DNA of 64,000 nucleotides from Candidatus Zixiibacteriota bacterium (lineage in GTDB: Bacteria; Zixibacteria; MSB-5A5; UBA10806). A program made the translations under genes and the position numbers. The stretch lies in assembly GCA_020348065.1 (NCBI GenBank), contig CP070742.1, positions 2,696,094 to 2,760,093 on the forward strand, given 5' to 3'. Below are positions 47,825 to 56,318 of this stretch, one piece after another. The notes under the pieces are model-generated. The model made no database searches. It was not told the origin of the DNA and saw nothing but the letters and a program-made list of their open reading frames with translations. Position 1 is the first letter of the stretch; each line of letters opens with the position of its first letter.

Positions 47825-49183
47825 TTACTTTTTGCCCGTCTTTTTTCTTTTTTTCTTCGGCTTTCCGAACAGGTCCTTCAATATGTCTGCGACGCCGGGA
47901 TAACCGATCTCCTGCAGATCGTATTTAACCCTGACGGCGGGCTTGTTTATTTTTATTATTTTGGCCAGATCTATCGGCGTACCGATAATGACCGAATCGC
48001 ATTTTGTGGCGTTAATTGTTTTTTCCAGGTCTTTGATCTGTTTCGCTCCATATCCCATAGCGGGAAGCAACGTGCCGATCCGGGGGTATTTCTGATAGGT
48101 GGCGGTGATTGAGGCCACGGTATAGGGACGCGGATCGACCAGCTCGGCCGCTCCGTATTTTTGCGCCGCTACGACCCCGGCGCCGTAGGTCATTTCGCCG
48201 TGAGTCAGGGTGGGGCCGTCTTCCACGACCAGCACTTTCTTGTTCTTTATCAAATCGGGTTTATCCACAGCGATGGGCGAGGCGGCCTCGATAATGATGG
48301 CCCCCGGGTTCAGTATCCTGACCGATTCTCTCACCGTCTGAATACCTTCAATTGGCGCGGTGGCGACCTTGTTGATAACGATTACATCCGCCAACAACAC
48401 GTTGGTCTCGCCGGGATAATAGGTCCGTTCATGGCCCGGTCTGTGAGGATCGACTACCGTTATATAAAGATCGGGCTGATAGAATGACATATCGTTATTG
48501 CCGCCATCCCAGACTACAACATCGGATTCGGCCGCGGCTTTTTCCAGTATAATTCCGTAATCAACTCCAGCGTACACCACCTGCCCCCTCATGATATGAG
48601 GCTCATACTCCTCGCGTTCTTCGATTGTGCATTTATGTTTATCGAGATCGCTCGGCTTTTCGAATCGCTGCCATATCTGTTTGGTGAGATCTCCATAGGG
48701 CATGGGGTGGCGAACCACTGCCGCTTTAAGTCCCATCTCTTTCAAAACTCCGCATACTTTACGGGTCGTTTGAGATTTTCCGGAACCGGTTCTCACGGCG
48801 CAGATAGATATTACCGGCTTGCCGCATTTCAACATGGTGGGAATTCCCCCGACCAGAGTAAAATTAGCGCCGCAGGCGTTTACAACGGCGGCCTTAGACA
48901 TCACATAGTTGTACGAAACGTCGGAATACGAAAAAACGACCTCATCTATCTTATGTTTGGCAATCAGCATGGCCAGCTTATTTTCAGCGTGTATCGGAAT
49001 ACCGTCAGGGTAAAGTTTACCGGCAAGCCTGGCGGGATATTTCCGTCCCTCGATATCGGGAATCTGCGTGGCGGTAAAAGCGACAACCTCATAATCCTTA
49101 TTATTTCTGTAAAGACAGTTAAAATTATGAAAGTCCCTTCCTGCCGCGCCCATTATCAGGATTTTTTTTCGTTTCATTAACAC
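47825..49183 (-). CDS. P-loop NTPase domain protein, cyclic-2,3-diphosphoglycerate-synthetase-like / DUF1611-like. The function is uncertain. It ends in a short Lys-rich tail.
   Basis: 452 aa. It has a Rossmann-like N-terminus (ILIMGAAGRDFHNFN), Walker A (AVRTGSGKSQTT), and the C-terminus GKPKKKRKKTGKK. The family assignment is from memory only. Confidence 0.35.
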   Translation of the reverse strand: MLMKRKKILIMGAAGRDFHNFNCLYRNNKDYEVVAFTATQIPDIEGRKYPARLAGKLYPDGIPIHAENKLAMLIAKHKIDEVVFSYSDVSYNYVMSKAAVVNACGANFTLVGGIPTMLKCGKPVISICAVRTGSGKSQTTRKVCGVLKEMGLKAAVVRHPMPYGDLTKQIWQRFEKPSDLDKHKCTIEEREEYEPHIMRGQVVYAGVDYGIILEKAAAESDVVVWDGGNNDMSFYQPDLYITVVDPHRPGHERTYYPGETNVLLADVIVINKVATAPIEGIQTVRESVRILNPGAIIIEAASPIAVDKPDLIKNKKVLVVEDGPTLTHGEMTYGAGVVAAQKYGAAELVDPRPYTVASITATYQKYPRIGTLLPAMGYGAKQIKDLEKTINATKCDSVIIGTPIDLAKIIKINKPAVRVKYDLQEIGYPGVADILKDLFGKPKKKRKKTGKK

Positions 49184-49404
49184 CTCTATCTCAAATTCGT
49201 TTCAGCCTGAAAGTAACATATTCAAACTCCAGATAGGCTTTAAAAGTTACAGCCGTTTAAGGCGGGCAATCAATGGTCGTACAGTTTTTTTGACCAGAAA
49301 ATCATGGCGGGAATATGATAATTTATGACATGAAAGTCAAATAATATTATTGCCGGTCCATATAGGTAGTTTGTCGGGATCGCGGGATTTCCGACCTACT
49401 TGTC

Positions 49405-49439
49405 TAAAAGATAAAAGGCGCCGGACAGCAAAATCCGGC
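49405..49439 (-). terminator. Rho-independent terminator downstream of the aldehyde dehydrogenase gene
   Basis: On the minus strand: GCCGGA - 8 nt loop - TCCGGC, followed by GCCTTTTATCTTTT. It lies 19 nt after the stop. Confidence 0.45.
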
Positions 49440-49457
49440 ACCCTTAATTAAATCGTA

Positions 49458-51026
49458 TTACTGGTTATCGATCTGCGCCCTCTGCAGTTTGCCGGAGAAA
49501 TCGACATACACGGATCGCCATTCGGAAAATACGTCCAGCGCCTGCACGCCGGCTTCGCGGTGACCGTTGCCGGTATGCTTTGTCCCGCCGAAGGGAAGAT
49601 GAACCTCCGCGCCGATGGTGGAGGCGTTGACATAGAAAATCCCGGTGTAAACATCTCTGATGGCTTTAAAGGCGTTATTAACGTCCTGGGTGTAAATAGC
49701 TGCTGAAAGGCCGTATATGGTATCGTTGCATTTCTGGATGGCGTCGTCGAGATCATCGCATGGAATAACCGATACCACCGAACCGAAAATCTCCTCCTTG
49801 AAGATAATCATACCCGGCTCAACGTCGGCAAATATGGTGGGTTCGGTGAACCAGCCGTTATCATAATCCCCGCCGGTCAGACGCCCGCCGCCGCACATCA
49901 GCCTGGCCTTATCGGTGTTTTTGCCGATCTCCATATATTCCAGAACCGTGTTCATCTGCGACTCCGATACAGCGGGACCCATGTCCACGGATTCTTCGAG
50001 ACCATTCCCAACTTTCAGGGCTTCAGCCCGCTGTACGAACTTATCCAGAAATTCCTTATAAACTTTCTTATGGACGATGACCCTCGACGCCGCGGTGCAG
50101 CGCTGGCCGGTGGTGCCGAAACCGCCCCAGATGGCGCCATCGACAGCCAGATCGATTTTGGCATCATCCATCACCATTATGGCGTTTTTGCCGCCCATTT
50201 CGAGATGGCAATGCCTGAAATCGGAGGCGCAGGCCTCCGAAACGCGGCGGCCGATATCTGTGGAGCCGGTAAACGAAACCACCATAACTCTCTTATCGGT
50301 CATCAAAGGTTCGCCTACGTTTTTGCCCGAACCGGTTACCATGTTGACCACGCCGGGCGGAATTCCGCATTCCTCGAACACTTTCATGAAATTAACCACC
50401 GAAAGCGGCGTGTACGTGGCCGGTTTTATCACGCAGGTATTACCGCAAACCAGCGCCGGAATCATCTTCCAAGCCGGAATGGCGATGGGGAAATTCCAGG
50501 GGGTGATCATGCCCGCCACACCCAACGGAATCCTCATGGACATCTGAAATTTATTCTCCATCTCCGAGGGCGTGGTATGTCCGAACATCCGGCGGCCTTC
50601 CCCGGCGTAGAGATAGCTCATGTCGATCGCTTCCTGGGTATCGCCTCGGGTTTCTTTTATGACCTTGCCCATTTCGCGGGTCATCTGCTGAGAGATCTCT
50701 TCCTTTTTCTCAAGAAGCTTCAGCCCGACATTGTACAGAAGTTCACCCCTCTTGGGAGCCGGCACCAGCCGCCATTTCTTATAAGCCTCGGCGGCGGCCG
50801 AAATCGCGGCATCGACATCCTCGGCGCTCGAATCCTGGAATATTCCGACCAGGTCATCGGTGTTCGCGGGATTGCGATTTTCAAAAGTCTCACCGGTCTT
50901 CGATTCCAACCACCGTCCGCCGATAAAGTTCCTGTATACATCAGCCATTTTGCCTCCAACTATCAACTTGCGATTATTTCTGTTCCGACAGTCCGAGAAG
51001 ATAATCAGCAGAATGTTGTAAATCAA
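49458..51026 (-). CDS. NAD(P)-dependent aldehyde dehydrogenase (RocA/P5C-dehydrogenase-like or semialdehyde dehydrogenase)
   Basis: 522 aa with the ALDH motifs EMGGKNA (Glu), GQRCTAASR (catalytic Cys) and EEIFGSV. Confidence 0.75.
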   Translation of the reverse strand: MIYNILLIIFSDCRNRNNRKLIVGGKMADVYRNFIGGRWLESKTGETFENRNPANTDDLVGIFQDSSAEDVDAAISAAAEAYKKWRLVPAPKRGELLYNVGLKLLEKKEEISQQMTREMGKVIKETRGDTQEAIDMSYLYAGEGRRMFGHTTPSEMENKFQMSMRIPLGVAGMITPWNFPIAIPAWKMIPALVCGNTCVIKPATYTPLSVVNFMKVFEECGIPPGVVNMVTGSGKNVGEPLMTDKRVMVVSFTGSTDIGRRVSEACASDFRHCHLEMGGKNAIMVMDDAKIDLAVDGAIWGGFGTTGQRCTAASRVIVHKKVYKEFLDKFVQRAEALKVGNGLEESVDMGPAVSESQMNTVLEYMEIGKNTDKARLMCGGGRLTGGDYDNGWFTEPTIFADVEPGMIIFKEEIFGSVVSVIPCDDLDDAIQKCNDTIYGLSAAIYTQDVNNAFKAIRDVYTGIFYVNASTIGAEVHLPFGGTKHTGNGHREAGVQALDVFSEWRSVYVDFSGKLQRAQIDNQ

Positions 51027-51134
51027 GGCTATTTGCGATAATATAAATTTATGTTTTTTTTGGACACGGGAACCGTCAACCCTTATTATAGCAAATAGTA
51101 TGAGGTTTTTTAAATTATCGAGGAAAGAAAGTAA

Positions 51135-51476
51135 ATGTCAAAGATATTACTTATTTTAATAGCGTTGCTGTTTATTCTCGCCTGCACTCCGCCCGAAAAG
51201 AATATGCGGGAAAGATATGTAAATGACAATCCCGAATTGAAAAGCGATATTAAAAAGGCGATACTTGAAGGCGACGTTATAGTCGGGATGACAAAAGAGC
51301 AGGTATACGCCAGTTGGGCAACGCCGATATTTAAGGGAGAAAAACGGGAAAAAGGAAGCACTTATGAATACTGGACATATCCGAACGTGAAAAACAGCCC
51401 TTTTGTTAATATATACTTCGCAGATGATTTCGTGGTGAAAATCGAAAAAACTGATAAAGAACCGCTAATAAAATAG
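51135..51476 (+). CDS. bamE: BamE/SmpA-OmlA-like small lipoprotein
   Basis: 113 aa with a lipobox (LFILACT). [14 protein letters not shown] matches the BamE motif G.T..QV...LG.P. Confidence 0.45.
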   Translation: MSKILLILIALLFILACTPPEKNMRERYVNDNPELKSDIKKAILEGDVIVGMTKEQVYASWATPIFKGEKREKGSTYEYWTYPNVKNSPFVNIYFADDFVVKIEKTDKEPLIK

Positions 51477-51482
51477 CCTATC

Positions 51483-51944
51483 TTATTTATTTACATCGTC
51501 TCTTGAAATCGTGCTTGTGTCCTCAGGCTTTTCCCTGCCGAATAATTTTCTAAAAAACCGTTTCCTTTTGGCCCAACGCGCTTTTTTTTCAGCCCTGTAT
51601 TTTTTCTTCAGCTCTTTCTCTTTCTGGAATTGAACAGCATCGAGCTCCTCGATTTTCTGCAGAAGCCTCTCCACGTTATCCCGTTTTTCCATCATGCGCC
51701 GAAACGTATTGTATCTGGAAATATCCTTGAAAACAGCCTGCACAAACGGCTCCAGAAAAACCATGGCCTGGGAACCTAAATAATTTAACGGCTTGACGGT
51801 TTCCAGGGTAAGGATGGCGGGGACAGTAAATCCTTTCCTGACAATAAAATCGGCAAGCTTGAACAGCACCTCCTGTTCGTTCTTGCTTAACGTTTCCTCC
51901 TCGGGCGGAAGTTCGTAGCTTCCGAACGGCGATTTATGAGCCAT
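51483..51944 (-). CDS. Hypothetical protein with a basic C-terminus
   Basis: 153 aa. It overlaps the upstream ORF by 11 nt. I recognise no domain. Confidence 0.35.
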   Translation of the reverse strand: MAHKSPFGSYELPPEEETLSKNEQEVLFKLADFIVRKGFTVPAILTLETVKPLNYLGSQAMVFLEPFVQAVFKDISRYNTFRRMMEKRDNVERLLQKIEELDAVQFQKEKELKKKYRAEKKARWAKRKRFFRKLFGREKPEDTSTISRDDVNK

Positions 51945-52389
51945 CGCTTGCCTCTTTAGATTCTTTTTCCGCTATTATCCGGTTTTGCCACTCTATTAAT
52001 TCAGCCAAAACCTTATCAACTTCCTCCTTGTTGTCTCTGCCATATCTGAGATAAAATCCCCTGAAATTTTCGAGTCGGGTCGGTCCCAGATAAGGCGAAA
52101 GCAATATCCCCCTCCGACCGGGAAAGACGCTTCTGAACGCGGATAAGTTCCTTTCCTTCAAGGTAAAAAGATACTTTAATTTCACTTTTTTTTCGTCAAC
52201 GGTATAGGTGGTAGGGAAGAAAAACGTCGTTAATGAGACCAAAAAAATAAGGGCCGCAATAACAACCATAAACGGCTCTTTGGTGATTTCATAGACGAAA
52301 TAAAAAATTATTAAAATGAATATCAGGACAAAAACGGCTGCCACCGGCCGCTCTCGCGCCGGATGAGATTTCCATCGTAGCGAATTCAT
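51934..52389 (-). CDS. Hypothetical membrane protein (2 TM)
   Basis: 151 aa with two hydrophobic helices near the N-terminus. Confidence 0.35.
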   Translation of the reverse strand: MNSLRWKSHPARERPVAAVFVLIFILIIFYFVYEITKEPFMVVIAALIFLVSLTTFFFPTTYTVDEKKVKLKYLFTLKERNLSAFRSVFPGRRGILLSPYLGPTRLENFRGFYLRYGRDNKEEVDKVLAELIEWQNRIIAEKESKEASDGS

Positions 52390-52392
52390 TTC

Positions 52393-52608
52393 TTACAAAT
52401 TCTGTGGGTCCCTGTATCTTTCTTTTCTTATTCTGTCCATTTCGGACTGTAATTCTTCGGGCTTGAAAACGACCTTATCCACCAGTACTTTCACCAGGGC
52501 TTCCAATCCCAAGTTATTTGAAAGTGTCAGTTCGTCAAACGTTACCTCGCGTACCTGGTTGCCGATTTGAATTTTTAAAGCTACTTTTTTAGCCGGATTT
52601 TCCGTCAT
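52393..52608 (-). CDS. Small hypothetical protein
   Basis: 71 aa. It lies immediately downstream of the larE-like gene with a 1-nt overlap. Confidence 0.3.
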   Translation of the reverse strand: MTENPAKKVALKIQIGNQVREVTFDELTLSNNLGLEALVKVLVDKVVFKPEELQSEMDRIRKERYRDPQNL

Positions 52609-53447
52609 TACTTGCCGTCCTTACTGATATTATCGTTCATACTTCCACTTCGATACCCCTGCAGGTCAAGCGTCACATAGGTGAATCCTATCGATTTTAA
52701 CCTGGAGTTGATTTTATCGATTAATCCGTTTTCAACTACTCTCCCCAGCTCGGTTTTTAGAAATTCAAGGCGAGCCATTTTTTCGTGATGCCTCACCCGA
52801 ACCTGGGTAAACCCGAGCGATTTCAGAAAACGCTCGGCTTCGGCCACCTGGAACAGTTTTTCTTTTGTAATTTCCGATCCGTAAGGAATTCGCGAGGCCA
52901 GGCAGGCCATAGACGGCTTTTCCCAATTCGGTAAACCGAGTTCCCGCGCGATTTCCCTGATCTCGTTTTTCGTGATCCCGATCTCGGCAAGCGGAGATAC
53001 CACGTTCAACATTCCGGCTGCCTTTCTCCCGGGTCTCCAATCGCTGATATCGTCCGCGTTTGAACCGTCCAGAATATGATCGGCGCCGACCTTCTTCGCG
53101 ATTTCCCGCAATTTCCCGAAAAGCTCTGTTTTGCAGTAGAAACATCTTTCAACAGGATTTTTGCGATAGTCCGGATCCGACATCTCATCGGTTTTTATCT
53201 CCATAAAATTTCCATTTTCAAGGCCCAGATTCGCTGCCAGTTCCCTGCACAGCGGGAGTTCTTCGGGCATCAAGGATTCGGAATCTCCCGTTACCGCCCA
53301 GACATTTTCTTTTCCCAAAGCGTCAACCGAGGCTTTCAATATCAGGGTAGAATCAACTCCCCCTGAGAAACCGATAACTACTTTCCCCAGGCTTTTGATA
53401 TATTTTTTAAGATCGTTGTATTTTTTTTCTACGGCGGATATCATCAA
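52608..53447 (-). CDS. larE: LarE-family PP-loop ATP pyrophosphatase (ATP-dependent sacrificial sulfur transferase)
   Basis: 279 aa. It has the PP-loop FSGGVDS, a Cys-containing MACLASRIPYG block, and the blocks GFTQVRVRHHEKMARLE and GFTYVTLDLQGYRSGSMND. The last three match L. plantarum LarE blocks (SCSVSSRFPYG, GFPTVRVRFHNDIARIE, GFRYVTLDLGGFRSGRMND), recalled from memory. Confidence 0.65.
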   Translation of the reverse strand: MMISAVEKKYNDLKKYIKSLGKVVIGFSGGVDSTLILKASVDALGKENVWAVTGDSESLMPEELPLCRELAANLGLENGNFMEIKTDEMSDPDYRKNPVERCFYCKTELFGKLREIAKKVGADHILDGSNADDISDWRPGRKAAGMLNVVSPLAEIGITKNEIREIARELGLPNWEKPSMACLASRIPYGSEITKEKLFQVAEAERFLKSLGFTQVRVRHHEKMARLEFLKTELGRVVENGLIDKINSRLKSIGFTYVTLDLQGYRSGSMNDNISKDGK

Positions 53448-55315
53448 TAATCAGCCTTGGCGACTTTATCGCCGTCTATGGTGTAAATACGGACTTCATC
53501 GTTGGCGCGGCCATTGCCTTTAAATGTGATTTTGCATGAAACGCCATGATAATCTTTTATTCCGCCCAAATAATCGCGGAGTTTTTCAGGTTCATTGTAT
53601 CCTTCTCGCATACCGGAAAGAATAAGAGCGACGGCGTCAAATGTCAGCGCCGCCACTTTGTCAGGCTGTCGTCCGAATTCAGCGGAATAGGCGTTGGCGA
53701 ATTCGACCCAATTGACATCATCGGACCCGACGTGAAAATCGGTGGCGAATACCGCGTCTCCGACGTAACGTCTAACCTCACTGACTAACTCCTCCGAATC
53801 CCAGCCGTCCGCGCCCAGAAACTTTGTTCGTATTATATGATACCTGATCTGAGGTATCAGAAGTTTCAATTCGTCCGGATAACCTGGCAGAAATAGACCG
53901 CCGAGATGGACCGGCCACTCTTCGGTATCTATGAATACCACGCTATCGACCGTTTCACCGGTGCTGTCATCGAGGATGATCTGTTCAATTTCGATATAAT
54001 CGGTGCTGTCTATCTCACCGGCGGCGAGCTGTTCCTCGGTTTTCATGAGAAGGAATTCTCTTAAGGGTTTTATCTGCATTTTGAAATCCGTGGAGCCTGT
54101 ACTGTAATAACCGGTATAAACCACCTCTCCCCCCAAACGATAAACTGTCTGGGTAAACGATCGGGAAACCGTCACTCCCCCCAGATCATCCGGGGATATT
54201 ATCGCGAATTCTTTTATGCCCAACTCGTTGACAGCGTATTCGGCTATGGTCTGGCCTATTCTTTCTACCGCCGGAGAAACCTGGAAAACAAAACTTCCCA
54301 GGCTGGCGATTCCTTTTTGCGACGCGGTGGGGGTAATCAAGGGAATTCCATACTGGTTGGAAACCACTCCGGAACCAACCGCCGATTCCGATCTTAAGGG
54401 TCCCACTATGGCGAGACATTCCTCGTTAGCCAATTTGGAGGCGACGTTTGTAGCCCGCACGGGATCGCCGTAAGTATCCTTGATGATCAGCTCAACATCT
54501 ACGGAATCGGGTTTCATATGTTTAATCGCCAATCTCGCGCCCTCGACCATTGAACGGCCGTATTCGCTGTAATTCCCTGATAACGGCGCCAAAACTCCTA
54601 TCAGCTGGCTCCCGGAAAGCCTGGCGGTGCAGAAATCCAGAAGCTGGCGGGCACGTTTTGAGTGTTCGCCGTAAGGATTTCTCCTCAGGAAGGATTTCAA
54701 AGTGCTCGCCCCGCTTCTATAGCGTTTTGAATTCACCTGTCTTTCTGCGAGAGCTATTTCCATGTCTTCGCGCACTTTAGAAACCGGCTGCTCGTCGATG
54801 AGTTTTTTCAATTGCCAGATGGAAAGCCCTCTTTCTATGAGCGGCTCCAGATTTGATACCGCCGTACGTCCGGTTTGGCTTCTTATATCTATATCCGCCG
54901 AAGAGATATATGCCGACGCCGCACCCATCAAATCTCCCGTTTTATACAATGAATGCCCCTTAAGAAGCAAGGCCGACCCGGCATAGCGGGATTGGGGGAA
55001 ATCATCCAGATAGCTATCAAACATCATTATCGCCGCCGCGTATTCGCCCGCCATATACAACGATTTTGCCGCCATGAATCGAAAAGATGAATTGTGACCG
55101 TCGAGGGAATATCGATCGGCAAGGGATCTGAATTTTTTATAAGCCTCCTCATATTTCCCGTTCTGGTAATCGAGCATGGCAGCTTTCATCCCCAGAGCGG
55201 GATCTTCGATATAACCGGCGGCAACGCCCGAAGCGGACAACACCAATATGATAAAAAAAACTTTAATCCTCATACCGTATACTCCCTTGAATATCCACGG
55301 TAATCCTTTGCCCAA
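53444..55315 (-). CDS. Periplasmic TPR plus type-1 periplasmic-binding-fold protein (LpoA-like architecture)
   Basis: 623 aa with a signal peptide. The N-terminal roughly 200 aa are TPR. The C-terminal roughly 380 aa resemble Leu/Ile/Val-binding protein (PBP1) fold proteins. Confidence 0.45.
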   Translation of the reverse strand: MGKGLPWIFKGVYGMRIKVFFIILVLSASGVAAGYIEDPALGMKAAMLDYQNGKYEEAYKKFRSLADRYSLDGHNSSFRFMAAKSLYMAGEYAAAIMMFDSYLDDFPQSRYAGSALLLKGHSLYKTGDLMGAASAYISSADIDIRSQTGRTAVSNLEPLIERGLSIWQLKKLIDEQPVSKVREDMEIALAERQVNSKRYRSGASTLKSFLRRNPYGEHSKRARQLLDFCTARLSGSQLIGVLAPLSGNYSEYGRSMVEGARLAIKHMKPDSVDVELIIKDTYGDPVRATNVASKLANEECLAIVGPLRSESAVGSGVVSNQYGIPLITPTASQKGIASLGSFVFQVSPAVERIGQTIAEYAVNELGIKEFAIISPDDLGGVTVSRSFTQTVYRLGGEVVYTGYYSTGSTDFKMQIKPLREFLLMKTEEQLAAGEIDSTDYIEIEQIILDDSTGETVDSVVFIDTEEWPVHLGGLFLPGYPDELKLLIPQIRYHIIRTKFLGADGWDSEELVSEVRRYVGDAVFATDFHVGSDDVNWVEFANAYSAEFGRQPDKVAALTFDAVALILSGMREGYNEPEKLRDYLGGIKDYHGVSCKITFKGNGRANDEVRIYTIDGDKVAKADY

Positions 55316-55776
55316 TCTATAAATCTTTTCATCTCCTCCTGCAAAACCTTTCTTTTAAAAACCGCGGGATTACCAGCCATCATTGAATTGGGCGGAACTA
55401 CCGTACCCGGTTTTACCACGGAGCCCGCCGCTATTAACGAGCCTTCCCCGACAATTGAGTCGTCAAGTATAATCGATCCCATTCCGATTAAACAACCATC
55501 CTCTATTCTGCAGCCGTGAATCAACGCCCCGTGACCGATAACGACATGATCGCCGATCTCGGCGGGCGAAGTCCCGCCGGTGACATGTATAATACAACCA
55601 TCCTGAACGTTTGTAAAACAGCCTATTTTAATATAATTGATGTCGCCTCTTATAACGGCCTTAAACCAGACGGAGCTTTCAGCTCTTATGGTAACGTCTC
55701 CCACAATTACACAATCGGGCGCTATATAGCAACTTTTGTGAATTCTGGGGCTTTTGCCTTCATAGGGAAGGATCAT
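55270..55776 (-). CDS. Gamma-class carbonic anhydrase family protein (left-handed beta-helix, YrdA/PaaY-like)
   Basis: 168 aa with hexapeptide repeats and His ligands (IHVTGG..., HGALIHGC). Confidence 0.8.
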   Translation of the reverse strand: MILPYEGKSPRIHKSCYIAPDCVIVGDVTIRAESSVWFKAVIRGDINYIKIGCFTNVQDGCIIHVTGGTSPAEIGDHVVIGHGALIHGCRIEDGCLIGMGSIILDDSIVGEGSLIAAGSVVKPGTVVPPNSMMAGNPAVFKRKVLQEEMKRFIDWAKDYRGYSREYTV

Positions 55777-56318
55777 AACTTATAATGGCCGAAATCCTCG
55801 GGATCAATTTTTCTCAAACGGTCTCTGAGAGATTCCTGATCCGGAAGGCCGGATTGCTCCATCTGTTCTTTTTTCAGATTGAAAAGTTTCTCGTTAACAA
55901 AAATAGGCGCTTTGGCCTTGAGGGCCAACGCGAGCGAATCCGACGGCCTGGCATCAATCTTTAGCATTTCGCCATTTAAGTTTATGGAAATTACGGCATA
56001 GAAAGTCTGCTCTTTGAGATCCACAATTTCGACCCTATCGATTTGCCCTTTCATGCTTCTTACCACTGAAAGAAGTAAATCGTGGGTTAATGGACGTTTG
56101 GAGACTATGCCGGATATTTCCATGCTTATGGCCCAGGCCTCGTAATGACCGATCCATATCGGGAGTATTTTCTCCGAATCGCTCGGGGTAATGGTTACCA
56201 CCGGCGAATTTGTGGTAACATCCAATGCCAATCCGCTTATTTTTGATTCAATCATCTTTGGAGATTCCATCTTAATCAGCCTTTCATGAAAAACAACCCC
56301 CATGTGCCGGGCCCGCAA
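55773..56318 (-). CDS. Bifunctional nuclease (BFN/DUF151) domain protein
   Basis: 181 aa with the BFN signature blocks PIWIGHYEAWAI and RPLTHDL. Confidence 0.6.
   Translation of the reverse strand: MRARHMGVVFHERLIKMESPKMIESKISGLALDVTTNSPVVTITPSDSEKILPIWIGHYEAWAISMEISGIVSKRPLTHDLLLSVVRSMKGQIDRVEIVDLKEQTFYAVISINLNGEMLKIDARPSDSLALALKAKAPIFVNEKLFNLKKEQMEQSGLPDQESLRDRLRKIDPEDFGHYKL

Noticed and set aside
50070-51041. 323-aa and 156-aa plus-strand ORFs antisense to the aldehyde dehydrogenase gene
   Set aside because: They are GC-rich shadow frames with an Arg/Gly/Pro-rich translation and no motifs. The minus-strand ALDH has all family signatures.
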